Shown piece after piece: positions 38,611 through 49,092 of a stretch of 64,000 nt of DNA. Made by a program: the position numbers and the translations under genes. The stretch's first letter is position 1. Each line of letters opens with the position of its first letter. The stretch is taken from contig JAXCHI010000004.1 in NCBI GenBank assembly GCA_033977065.1, positions 1 to 64,000 of the forward strand. Reading direction: 5' to 3'. Source of the DNA: Candidatus Algichlamydia australiensis. Lineage in GTDB: Bacteria; Chlamydiota; Chlamydiia; Chlamydiales; JAJFMI01. The notes under the pieces are model-generated. The model made no database searches and was not told where the DNA came from. It worked only from the letters and a program-made list of their open reading frames with translations.

Positions 38611-41600
38611 ATGCGTTTAGCATTTTTCATTATGGCAGCAACAGCTGCGTCTCTATTTTCTTTGCCAAGCGGGCATAAAGTCAAACAGGGGGATGTACAA
38701 GTCACAAAAAGCGAAAAGGAATTGCTTATCCAATCGGGCAGACGCGCTGTTGTTCACTGGGACAAATTTTCTGTTGATAGGGGTGAGAGAGCACGCTTTC
38801 AGATGAAAGATTCAAAGTCGAGCGTACTCAATCGCGTTTCAGGAGGGGAGCGCAGTGACATACTGGGAAAACTTGAATCTAACGGCAAAGTCTATCTGCT
38901 AAATCCGAAAGGTGTACTCATCGGTCCGGAGGCGCAGATCAATGTTCATAGCTTAGTTGCTTCAACACTTGATGTTTTAGATGAAGAGTACCTAAATGGA
39001 AATGAGCTGCGTTTTTTTGGTAGCGAGAAGGGCTCAATTGTCAATATGGGAGAAGTAGAGGGACATTCGGTTTTTCTCCTTGCAGGTAGTGTTGAAAATC
39101 ACGGGAAGATTAAAGCGGAGCGTGTAGCTTTAGCGACAGGAAATAAAATTTTGCTCCAACCCAAAGGAGAGCAACGCATCTTTATTGAAGCTTCAGGTGC
39201 GGAAGAGAGCATCGACAACCGTGGAAAAATTGAGGCACTCACAACAGAAATTAAGAATAGTTCTCCTTATGTTTTGGCCGTGCGCTCAAGTGGAACCATT
39301 GAAGCAACGGCAACAGAGAAGCGCAATGGTAAAATTTTCCTTGTTGCTGATAAGGGGACTGTTGAAGTAGATGGTACTCTGCGCGCTTCACAGGTAGATA
39401 TGAGTGGAGATCAGGTCTATCTCTACGGCAACGCTCTTATCGATGCACCAGAAGGGAAAGTGAATATCGGGAGGCTTACACCTACACGGAATGTTGTACT
39501 TTTTCCTGAATCAAAAGTCACTGTCTCTGCATCGGAAATGGGTGATGCAGGGGAGGTTTATATCTATTCCGAAGGAGCAACAGCGCATTACGGCATTATT
39601 GAAGCGTGTGGAGGATTAAAAGGAGGAAATGGAGGTTTTGTAGAACTATCAGGAAAAATGGACTTAGGTCTGGAGGGAAGAATAGAGCGTGGTGCACCTA
39701 TGGGTACTCCGGGGGAGCTATTGATTGATCCTAAAAATGCGACCATTACAGCTGCAGGTGGCCCACTTCCCACTCCCTCTCTTACTTTTGGGGTCTCTTC
39801 TGCAGCCTCTCTTTCTATAACGGGAGCCTCTTTAGGGTCAGCTTTGGATAGCGGACCGGTGACAATCGAGTGAAACACAGATTGCATTTTCTCTGATACT
39901 GTCACAACAACATCAAGCAATAGTTTGACAATCCGGGCAGGAAGATCGTGTACATTTACAGGGACAGGTGTTTTTACCTCCACTGGTGGAGATCTAAATA
40001 TCTCTATTAACGATTCGGGAGCGATTCCCGCTGAGCGCGATCCCGGAGTTGCAGCCTTTACGACAACAACGGGTTCTTCAATTACAACAAATGGGGGGAA
40101 TTTCACACAGACAGTGGGCTCTTTTGGCGGGACGCAGCAGGGTCGTGTGTTTTTGATATCAGGAGGAATTGATGCTGGCGGTGGTGATATCAGCTTGGAG
40201 GGATTTCGCCTTCCATCTGAAACGGGATTTTTAGTTGCAGGTGTTGACTGTCGTGGAAGTCTCATGACAACAGGCTCTGGTAATATCAGCTTAACCGGAG
40301 TTGCAGGAGGAGGAACCCTAATTTCGAACGGAGTGCTCTTTGTGAGTACAACAGCTAGCGTCGAGAATGGGACACTTTTGGTAAACGGAACAGGGGGGCC
40401 AAGCACGGGAAACTTTAACTCGGGCGTTCTCATTTTTAACAGCACGTTATCGAGCACAGGAACATCAAATCCTGGGGGAATTGATATTACGGGATTCTCA
40501 GGAACAGGACTTACCTCAAATGATGGAATCACCTTTTTCTCATCTGCAAGTTCTATGACCACAGTAGATGGTCCTATTACCTTGAGAGGAACAGGCAATC
40601 CTTCAACAACAGGTTCTTTAAATAGAGGAATTGGAATCACAGCCCCCTCATCCTCGATTACGTCAACGGGATCAGGAGATATTACGCTCGAAGGAACCGG
40701 AGGAGGAGGAGCAATCTCATCTCACGGGATTGCTATCGATGGAGCGGGAAGTACAATCACCTCATTGGGAAGCGGAATGATCTCATTAGATGGTACGGCT
40801 GGAGTTGCAACAGGAGTAGGAAACTCAGGGGTTGTTGTGAATACAGGCAGTGTCAGTTCAAGTGGGTCAGGAGACATTGTGATTACAGGAGAGGGGAGTG
40901 GATCGGGTGTGAGTGACTCTTTAGGAACTTTAATTACCGGTACAACAACTACAATTACGTCCACAGCAAGTGGAGAAATCATGATTAGCGGAACAGGAGG
41001 AGCAACAGCGGGCATTGGAAATGAAGGGATGACCATTAATGGAGGCGCGACTGTTAATTCAATTGGGAGTGGGGGAATTTCTCTGACGGGTACTGGTGGG
41101 GCAGGGACAGACTTAAATCCCGGAATACTTGTGAGCGATACGAATACCACAGTAACAAGCAGTGGAGGAGATATTTCACTTGATGGGATGGGAGCTGGAA
41201 CAGGTAGTGGTAATAATGGAGTGGCAATCCTCTCTTCAGCAACTCTAACAGCAACAGGTAGTGCAGGTATCACGATTGATGGAACAGGAGTAGGAGCTGC
41301 AAACGATAACAACGGAGTCTCGGTATCAGGAGCTGCAACAGCTATAAGCATTGATGGTGGAACGCTCTCAATTACAGGAGCTGGCTCTGATGGAGTTGAT
41401 GGGAATAATGGGATTAACATTACAGACGGATCTTTGAGTTCTACCTCGGGGGCTATAGAGCTAATCGGAACGGGGGGAAGTGGGAATGATAACTGCAATG
41501 GAATTACCTCAGCAGGTGACATCACTTCGTCTACTGGCTCTGTTTTAATGAGAGGAACGGGAGGAGGAACAGGATCTTTTGATTTTGGAGTAGGCATTAC

Positions 41601-43665
41601 AGGAGGAAGCATTACCTCTACAGGAGTAGGAGCTGGTGCTGCAACAATCACGCTAGAAGGAAGAGGAACAGCTGAGCTTGCAGATACAGCTTTTGGAGTT
41701 GTGATTACTGGAGGGGGAACAGCAGTTAGTAGCGTTGACGGCAGGATCGAAATGGAAGGATTTGGAGGGAGTCTTGGAGGAGATAATCATGGAGGAGTAG
41801 CTGTGCAAGACCTAGCAACAATTACTTCAACAGGAACAGCTCCGATTACAATCGAAGGAACGGGAGGAGTTGGTGCAGATGGGTGTTTAGGGATTACTTT
41901 TAGGGCAGGCTCAAGCTTAAGTACGCTTGATGGAGATGTCACGCTAACAGGTCGTGGAACAGGGAGTGGAAATAGTAATTTTGGAGTCGTTTGGGATGCT
42001 AGCACATACACCTCCACAGGAGCGGGAAACCTTAATGGGAGCGGAACACTCTCTGCAAGCACGATGCAGAATGCAGGGTTTATTCTTCTTAATGGAGCGC
42101 TTCTAACAACTGCAGATGGAAATATTACCCTTTTTGGTTCAGCCAATGGGAGCGTGATGCTAAATGGAGGGTGTGTGCTAGTCGGGAGTGCAATCACATC
42201 TACAGCAAGTGGAAACATCGATATAACAGGGAATAATAGCAGCTCAACAGGGACCTTTTCGCCCGGAATCTATTTACTTACAGGCAGCACGGTTACATCA
42301 AGCGGAACAGGAGAGATCACCTTTGTAGGAACCGGAGGGGTGAATGCGCCTGATGCCTATGGCATTCGTATTAGTGATCTGGGCACAAGCGTCAACTCAA
42401 CAGTAGGAAATATCTCTCTTACAGGAATCGCAAGTGGGGTAACAGAAGAAGGAATGCTAATAGAACTCCAGGCAGAAGTAGAATCCCTTGGAGCTGCTAC
42501 AATTACGACTACAACAATGAGCGATTTAATCATCGAAAGTGGCGGCCAAATTATTGGTGGTGCCGGAGATGTAACAATTGATGTTGATCGCGATTTTCTG
42601 ATTAGAGGGAGCGCCGTTGCGAGTGAAAACACCGGCGTAATTTTAGGATCAGGAGCGGCAACAATTGCAGTTGGTCGCGACTTGACACTGACGGGTGGAA
42701 GCGCTGCAGATACTCCTGCACAAATTGGTTCAAGAGAGACAACCTCTTCAGCTGATATCACCTTTACAAATATTGGACGCAACCTTCTTATTGATGGCAA
42801 TACCTCAGGAGGCTATGCCATTATTGGACACGGCACAAACTCACCTGAAACAGCATATGATGGAGATATCCGTTTTAACAGAATTCGAGGTAATGCTGTC
42901 GTGATGGGAGGCTCTGGAAGTAACGGCTTTGCGCAACTTGGCCACCTCAATGCAGCCACTATTAATGGTGATATTTTATTAACAGCAGAGGGATCTATCT
43001 CTGTTTTAGGAGGCGCTTCGGCAACAGCAGTAGGGCAGATTGGGCACGCAAGCGCAGGGGCGTGTACAAGCTCTACAATGCGTCTTATTGCAGGAAGAAA
43101 TATAGAAATTATAAGTGCAACAGGCGATGCAATTGTCACGAATCCTTGTACTGTGGCAGCAGATGGCCCCTTGACACTTGTGGTTGACAACCAATTTCCC
43201 TCGTTTCCAAACTTCGGAACAGGAGAATTTGTTCTTGATTCTACAGAACTAAGAACAAGCGCAGGAGAACTACGAGTCTATACAGTGCAAACCCTGCAAA
43301 ACAGCATTAATGATCCAATTAATGGTCAAGCTTTCACCCCTGGACCGTTTGGTGTGGATAATAATTTTGAGCAGTACGATACCTACTTTCCAGGGGGAAG
43401 CTTTATTTTAGGTTCGGCCTTCCGGATTTATTATAAAGTGGGAAATGCCTCTTCGGCAGCGCTCTTAGTCCCCTTCTTAGCAAACACATTTTATCATTTA
43501 GGAGTGGCAAATTCACAACTAGACTTGCCAATCTTTCGTTACATGCGCCTACCAAACTTTCCCTGGCATCATGGATCATTCTCAAATAACTACGCTCACT
43601 TTGATCCAGGATTTGATCCCTACTACAGCCAAAATTTTGAGGACAACGTATATTGGATCCCTTGA
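38611..43665 (+). pseudogene. Filamentous haemagglutinin-like exoprotein 3, split by one in-frame TGA at 39871-39873
   Basis: ORFs 38611..39873 and 39925..43665 share a frame with no other stop between them; the joined product would be 1684 codons with the same architecture as copies 1 and 2. Confidence 0.8.
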
Positions 43666-43814
43666 ATAACTCAGACTCTCCAATAAGGACCTGAAAATTG
43701 GCCAAACTCAATTTTTCGAACTCGCTAACTCTAAGGAGTTAGCTCCGTTCTCCAAAATGAATTTTGTCACAATTTGGAGGCCCTTTTTGAAAAGAGCAGT
43801 CATTCAAGATCTCC
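43655..43814 (+). mobile_element. 160-bp palindromic miniature element, family C
   Basis: Ends ggatcccttgaataact / agtcattcaagatctcc; apex gctaactc-taag-gagttagc; attggat direct repeat; left end recurs at 61138-61174. Confidence 0.85.
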
Positions 43815-43832
43815 AATTGGATAGGAGCCGAG

Positions 43833-45791
43833 TCAGAAGAAACGATATGAGGTGGGTTTTAAGAGCTCTTTTGGGATGTCGTGTAGAAAGCGTGAAGGCG
43901 TGCTGATTTCGACCTTGCCGAACCGCTCACGTTTTTGCGCCATGCTGATGATCAATCGCTCCTTCGCGCGCGTGATGGCAACGTAGAAAAGACGGCGCTC
44001 CTCATCTAAGCCGACCTCCTCCACACTCTTTTGGTGCGGGACCAAATGATCCTCAATTCCAATTAAAAAACAGATAGGATATTCCAAACCCTTCGCGCTA
44101 TGAAACGTCATCAAAGAGATATGGTCCCCCTGATTGCGGTTTTTTTTGCGCTTCGGTTGATTGAGAAGAGTCGAACTTAAAAAATCTGCAAGTGAAGGAT
44201 TCTCAACACCCTCCTCATACTCCTTAAGAATCTGCACACAACTCTCAATATTCTCCTTCTTGAAAGATTTCATCTTTTCACTCTTGACCTCATCGGTCAC
44301 AGCTTTTGTGTACCCAACTTTTTCAATCAAATTTTGTAAACCTGAATGAAGAGAAGAGAAATCAGCCCCGTTCAGTGCGAGCATAAAATTTTTAATGCCA
44401 ACAATGCCCTGCCTTGTTAACTCATTCGCAAGAGGGTGATTCCCTTGAGAGATATCGTTGAGAAGATCCCAAAGAGAAACTTTTTCTTTCCTCTGAAATT
44501 CCGTAAGAAGTGTCAACGTCTTACCGGAAATCCCGCGACGCGGAAAATTGATGATACGCAGAAGAGCTTCTGTGTCATTGTGATTCGCAACAACGCGCAG
44601 ATAAGCCATTAAATCTTTAATTTCAGAGCGCTCATAGAGCTCAGTGCCGCCGAAAATTTCATAAGGAATCCCGCGCACCCACTCATTGCCCTTTTTCCAC
44701 GCCTTCTGCATAAGTTTTTTTTCAAAACCTCGCGCCAAAGCATTGGAGCGATAGAGAATCGCAAAATCCTTCCACTTGTTGCCGCGCTCCTCACGAATAC
44801 GCAAAATGCGATCAAGCACAGCTTCCGCCTCATCATCAGCCGTAGGAGCGTGAAAAACCTCAATCGGACCGGAGTCGCTATTGCTTGTCCAAAGATTTTT
44901 TCCATGACGCTGCTTATTTTTCCCAATGACCGAATTGGCACTCTTCAAAATCGTCGGAGTAGAACGGTAATTTTGCTCAAGTTTGATGATTTGATCTGCC
45001 GGAAAATCGAGAATATACTCCACCTTGGCCCCGCGCCACCCATAAATCGACTGATCATCATCTCCAACAACAAACAAATTGCCATGCTTTTTGCAAAGCA
45101 GTTCTGCTAAGCGATTTTGAATCGGATTGGTATCTTGAAACTCATCAATTAAAATAAAAGGAAAACGGTCCTGGTATTTCTCTAGAACTCCAGGGAATTT
45201 TTCAAAAAGCTCAACCGTAAGCGTGAGCAGACTATCAAAGTCTACCGCATTATAAGCGCGCATGGAAGCCTCAAATTTAGCAAAAAGATCACTACTGAAC
45301 TTCTCATGCCAAGTTGAGCCTACCTCCATCTTAGAACCCATTTTTGCCTCGCGGATCCACTCCATAGTCGAACCTAAAGAGGGGAGATTCTTCTCCATAT
45401 CTAAAGATTCTTTTGCTAAGTGCGTAATCATGCGGCGAATATCGCCCTCATCGTAAAGACTGAAATTTTTTGTATACCCAAGCTTCTCAATCTCTTGGCG
45501 CAGAACTGCCATACAAAAACTATGAAACGTGCAGAGCGTAACCTGTTTTGCCAGATCTTTAGAGACACTTTTGGCGACGCGTTCCCGCATCTCGCCAGCA
45601 GCCTTATTCGTAAATGTTAAACCTAAAATTTGATTTGCTTTAGCTGCGCCAGACTTGATTAAATGGGCAATACGAGCTGTTAAAACACTCGTTTTACCAG
45701 AACCAGCACCCGCTAAAACTAAAATTCGGCCACGTACAGCCTGCACCGCTCTATTTTGCTGCTCGTTTAACGTGTTGGGCAAGGGTGTCAA
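43833..45791 (-). CDS. uvrD: UvrD/Rep/PcrA family DNA helicase
   Basis: AGAGSGKT, IDEFQDTN, VGDDDQSIYGWRGA, LEQNYRST, TFHSAKGLEY, EERRLFYVAITRA. Confidence 0.93.
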   Translation of the reverse strand: MTPLPNTLNEQQNRAVQAVRGRILVLAGAGSGKTSVLTARIAHLIKSGAAKANQILGLTFTNKAAGEMRERVAKSVSKDLAKQVTLCTFHSFCMAVLRQEIEKLGYTKNFSLYDEGDIRRMITHLAKESLDMEKNLPSLGSTMEWIREAKMGSKMEVGSTWHEKFSSDLFAKFEASMRAYNAVDFDSLLTLTVELFEKFPGVLEKYQDRFPFILIDEFQDTNPIQNRLAELLCKKHGNLFVVGDDDQSIYGWRGAKVEYILDFPADQIIKLEQNYRSTPTILKSANSVIGKNKQRHGKNLWTSNSDSGPIEVFHAPTADDEAEAVLDRILRIREERGNKWKDFAILYRSNALARGFEKKLMQKAWKKGNEWVRGIPYEIFGGTELYERSEIKDLMAYLRVVANHNDTEALLRIINFPRRGISGKTLTLLTEFQRKEKVSLWDLLNDISQGNHPLANELTRQGIVGIKNFMLALNGADFSSLHSGLQNLIEKVGYTKAVTDEVKSEKMKSFKKENIESCVQILKEYEEGVENPSLADFLSSTLLNQPKRKKNRNQGDHISLMTFHSAKGLEYPICFLIGIEDHLVPHQKSVEEVGLDEERRLFYVAITRAKERLIISMAQKRERFGKVEISTPSRFLHDIPKELLKPTSYRFF

Positions 45792-46095
45792 ATTCCTTTT
45801 TGATTAGAGCTAATGAGAGATCTACATTAGGAAACTTAGGTCGTATATTGACCTCTAAACCGGGAGGTAGATCTTGCTGTTTTTCGCGGAACGCCTCACG
45901 AACAAGACGCTTGAAGCGATTACGGAGGTTAGCTTTACCGAATTTACGACTAACAGTTAGACCAAGTTTTGGAAAATCAGAGGGACCGAGCCTGTAATGC
46001 AAAATAATTTTTTCACCAACAAACTTGTAACCTCTCTTATGAACGCGAGAGAAATCGCTGCTTTTGAGCAGGCGAAGAGACTTTGGAAACTTCAC
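45751..46095 (-). CDS. rnpA: Ribonuclease P protein component
   Basis: [26 protein letters not shown]; follows rpmH. Confidence 0.95.
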   Translation of the reverse strand: MKFPKSLRLLKSSDFSRVHKRGYKFVGEKIILHYRLGPSDFPKLGLTVSRKFGKANLRNRFKRLVREAFREKQQDLPPGLEVNIRPKFPNVDLSLALIKKEFDTLAQHVKRAAK

Positions 46096-46226
46096 ACCGT
46101 CAGTTGCTTACGACCTGCGCGACGTCTGCGATTCAATAGCTTACGGCCATTTTTGGTTGACATACGGGCGCGGAAACCGTGTTTCTTAGCGCGCTTCTTC
46201 TTACTAGGCTGATAGGTACGTTTCAT
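46092..46226 (-). CDS. rpmH: 50S ribosomal protein L34 (not in the ORF track)
   Basis: [44 protein letters not shown]. Confidence 0.97.
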   Translation of the reverse strand: MKRTYQPSKKKRAKKHGFRARMSTKNGRKLLNRRRRAGRKQLTV

Positions 46227-46329
46227 AACTAACTCTCTTGATATTTAAGTGACCATCATACCCAAGAAGATCAATCATTGTCAAGAAAGAACCCGCCTGC
46301 TATGATGAGTACTTAAATAGGAAATTCTT

Positions 46330-46467
46330 ATGAAAGTTAAAGCATCCGTGAAAGCCGACCCATCTAAGGGGGACAAAGTAGTTCGCCGAAGAGGGCGCAT
46401 TTACATTATTAATAAAAAAGATCCTAATCGCAAACAGCGCCAAAAAGGCCCAGCAAGGAAGAAATAG
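46330..46467 (+). CDS. rpmJ: 50S ribosomal protein L36, cysteine-free form (not in the ORF track)
   Basis: [45 protein letters not shown]. Confidence 0.95.
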   Translation: MKVKASVKADPSKGDKVVRRRGRIYIINKKDPNRKQRQKGPARKK

Positions 46468-46471
46468 AAAG

Positions 46472-46777
46472 ATGGCAAAAAAATCTTCAGTTGAAAAACA
46501 GAAACGACGTGAGCGCCTTAGCAACCTGAAGCGCGAGAAGCGTGCAGAATTAAAAAAAATTGTTAAAAGTCTAAATAGTACAGAAGAACAGCGTGAAAAT
46601 GCGATGATTGAGCTGAATAAGCTTCCACGCAATTCTTCACGAATTCGTCTACGCAACCGCTGCCAATTTACAGGCAGAGCGCGTGGCTACCTGCGTAAAT
46701 TCCAGCTTTCTCGCATTACTTTTCGTGAGATGGCGCGCAGTGGAATGTTACCAGGCGTCACCAAAGCTAGCTGGTAA
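46472..46777 (+). CDS. rpsN: 30S ribosomal protein S14 (long form)
   Basis: [22 protein letters not shown]...LPGVTKASW. Confidence 0.97.
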   Translation: MAKKSSVEKQKRRERLSNLKREKRAELKKIVKSLNSTEEQRENAMIELNKLPRNSSRIRLRNRCQFTGRARGYLRKFQLSRITFREMARSGMLPGVTKASW

Positions 46778-47171
46778 CAATAAAAGTTTTCAATTCATCT
46801 GGAAGCTCTTTGAGGAGCTTCCAGTTTTCAAACCCTTCGCACCAGACGTGTGAATCATCTCTAAACAGTCCCTTAGCCTTGGCCTCTACAAAAGCATTGA
46901 AGCTCATTGGGCCTACCTGTAGACGATCTTTATCTAAGTAGTACCACATTTTTTGACAGAGTGGATGTTCAGGCAACTTTGTGATTGGGGCTACTTCTTT
47001 TTTTCCTCTTTTAGGGGCGCAGATGATAAAGGGGAGACCTAAAATACCAAAGAAAAAGCCGAACCAGAACCAGCGATTGGGATTGCGGCCCTTATATAAA
47101 GCGATTTTTTTATGCATGTGACCAAAGAAAAGAGCGCCACAAAATGAGAGTAACATCATAGAAGGATTCAT
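46767..47171 (-). CDS. Membrane protein with a GYF_2/DUF4339-like domain
   Basis: [18 protein letters not shown] segment; WYYLD...QVGP...[10 protein letters not shown]. Confidence 0.75.
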   Translation of the reverse strand: MNPSMMLLSFCGALFFGHMHKKIALYKGRNPNRWFWFGFFFGILGLPFIICAPKRGKKEVAPITKLPEHPLCQKMWYYLDKDRLQVGPMSFNAFVEAKAKGLFRDDSHVWCEGFENWKLLKELPDELKTFIVTS

Positions 47172-47248
47172 GCTCTTATTATCTCAATTTGCCAAATTGA
47201 TGGGAAGGGAGTAAAATGAATTGGTAAAATCTTACTTGGAGGAAAGCT

Positions 47249-47707
47249 ATGACGGCTCTTTCTAGAACTAACACACCTATAATCTTTCCTGAAATTGACT
47301 TGAGACCTCAGTTGTCCATAGCAAAAACTGTTAGTTATCATGAACATGGAAAACATAATAAAGGAGCTACCCCTAGATCCGTCGAAATTTTAGTCAATAA
47401 CCTTGGGTCTGAAGCGCAGCGGCGCGCAGAAAGAACTTGGAGCTATTGTGCAGATTATGCCAGAGGAGGAGCTCAGACACCTTCATCGCTCCCACTTCAG
47501 GAACAACAGGGCCCAGAGGGAGAAAAAAATATTCGTGATAGGTTGAGGAATGGTAAAGCTGAGGAATATAAAGAAGTAACACCCGAGGCTTTAAAAAGAG
47601 CTTTAGACCACTCATCGTCTCTGGATTGGAGTGAGCTATCTGCTGAAACACAAGAATTTATTCAGAAACGCCTACCAAAACAACCAAAAGCAGCAGAGAG
47701 TGAGTAA
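47249..47707 (+). CDS. Hypothetical protein
   Basis: GGAGG RBS; 152-aa ORF filling the gap between core genes. Confidence 0.65.
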   Translation: MTALSRTNTPIIFPEIDLRPQLSIAKTVSYHEHGKHNKGATPRSVEILVNNLGSEAQRRAERTWSYCADYARGGAQTPSSLPLQEQQGPEGEKNIRDRLRNGKAEEYKEVTPEALKRALDHSSSLDWSELSAETQEFIQKRLPKQPKAAESE

Positions 47708-47749
47708 AAATCCTATTTCAGATATACTGCGTCATTAAGAGGTAAAGCT

Positions 47750-48199
47750 ATGAATGATAAATTTAAAGAAATCGATACCAAAGAGATCGAGCTGCCAGAC
47801 ACTATTTTTGCGCGCGATATCGATAATAATGTTTTTCAATCCATTGCAGCACGCTGCTTAGTAGATATTGAGGGTGTAGCCTTTGTTGAAGGGAACCTTC
47901 TTGATTCATTACTTGGACGTGAAGGGGAACGAGTAAAAGGGATCACAGTTAACCAAGATCAGAAAAGCCACTCAGTTAATATTCGCCTAGAAGTCAATGT
48001 TGCCTACGGCGTCTGCATTCCAGAGAAAGCAGATGAAATCCAATCGCTAATTGCAACTGAGATCACCAAGCTTACAGGTCTCCATGTAGGCTCCGTGCAC
48101 GTTGTATTTAAAAATCTTATACCTCTTGAGCCAGAGGTTAAAGAAGAAGCTCCTGAGGAGCCAGAAGCTGTTCTTGAAGATGAAGAAATAGAAGTCTAG
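47750..48199 (+). CDS. Asp23/Gls24 family envelope stress protein
   Basis: LEVNVAYGVCIPEKADEIQ...LTGLHVGSVHV. Confidence 0.85.
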   Translation: MNDKFKEIDTKEIELPDTIFARDIDNNVFQSIAARCLVDIEGVAFVEGNLLDSLLGREGERVKGITVNQDQKSHSVNIRLEVNVAYGVCIPEKADEIQSLIATEITKLTGLHVGSVHVVFKNLIPLEPEVKEEAPEEPEAVLEDEEIEV

Positions 48200-48205
48200 G
48201 AAGAG

Positions 48206-48697
48206 ATGAGGCGCTCACATATTATTTTTTCATGCGTGCACTTGCTCTCATCGCTTCTTGCAATCATTGCGGGCGCGCTCTGCATAACCCTCCGCTTTTC
48301 TGACCATCTTCAAATACTGCTCACACGCCACAACTCCCTTCTGCTCAAGCTAGGTATTATTCTCATTGTGACGGGTTTTGCTCTTATCATGACCCTTTTC
48401 CTCCTTAATCGTCGACGCTATTACGAAGTAAAAATGGCAACTGGCAGAGCCTCCATCGATGAAAAGCTCCTGCGCAGTTTTCTTATTAAGTACTGGCAAG
48501 AGCGCTATCCTGAGCAAACACATCCTGATGTAATTGTGCGAGCAAAAAAACGTTTAGAAATCCTCGCCGAACTTCCCAAAATTGACGATCCAGATGAAAA
48601 GGAAGCCCTATTAAGAAATCTTGAAGAAGATTTAGGCGATAGACTCTTCCAAAATTTCTCCTATCAAGGAGAATTTTTCCTTACCATTTCATCCTAG
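48206..48697 (+). CDS. Hypothetical membrane protein (2 TM)
   Basis: Two hydrophobic segments; 6 nt after the Asp23 gene; TAG stop formed at the element junction. Confidence 0.75.
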   Translation: MRRSHIIFSCVHLLSSLLAIIAGALCITLRFSDHLQILLTRHNSLLLKLGIILIVTGFALIMTLFLLNRRRYYEVKMATGRASIDEKLLRSFLIKYWQERYPEQTHPDVIVRAKKRLEILAELPKIDDPDEKEALLRNLEEDLGDRLFQNFSYQGEFFLTISS

Positions 48698-48859
48698 ATA
48701 GCGTCGTCAAAAGCATACAACCATCTTATTTTTCATGTTTGGGCTCCATTTTTGTGCTCAAATGAAGCGGAATTTACAAATTCAACTTCAATTTCCGCAC
48801 AAAAATAAGCTGCAAACATGAAAAATAATCTGATTATAGCCTTTTGACGACACTATCTA
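48695..48859. mobile_element. Palindromic miniature element, family A
   Basis: 19-bp terminal inverted repeats including the flanking TA (one mismatch); near-identical to 24015-24178. Confidence 0.9.
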
Positions 48860-48970
48860 AATCTAAAATTGTGAGAAGCCAATGGTGGATTATTTGCATG
48901 GTGTCGTCATCAACAAATTCTATTGGTTTTTTTCTTCCTCCCTGACTATCTCCTTCGCTGTTTTCCCCAA

Positions 48971-49086
48971 GGAGACACTGAATAAGTGCTTTACCGACAG
49001 GCTAAGCTGAAAATTCTAAAAAAGGTTATTTGGAGACCGTAAATAACTGGATACAGTTATTGGAGGTCGAAAATAATCTTTTCTAG
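48971..49086 (-). mobile_element. Truncated family B element, reverse orientation
   Basis: ggagacactgaataagtgct...tggagaccgtaaataactg...aaataatcttttctag is the reverse complement of the right ~115 bp of 60973-61133. Confidence 0.85.
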
Positions 49087-49092
49087 TTTTTT

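Noticed and set aside
39871..39930. Selenocysteine or genome-wide stop-codon reassignment as an explanation for the internal TGA and TAG
   Set aside because: No convincing SECIS-like hairpin after the TGA; TGA and TAG terminate core genes here (rpmH TGA, rpmJ and yebC TAG)
29923..43190. Long minus-strand ORFs (e.g. 31723..32730, 39588..40640, 40722..41651) rich in P/V/I
   Set aside because: Antisense shadows of the G/T-rich TPS repeats, with no independent coding signal
29543..43665. Contact-dependent inhibition (CdiA/CdiI) locus
   Set aside because: No VENN-type pre-toxin motif, C-termini are conserved rather than polymorphic, and there are no small immunity ORFs between the genes
46330..46777. 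Zinc-independent L36/S14 as a Zur-regulated paralog set
   Set aside because: They sit in the standard chlamydial rnpA-rpmH / rpmJ-rpsN locus, so they are the housekeeping copies
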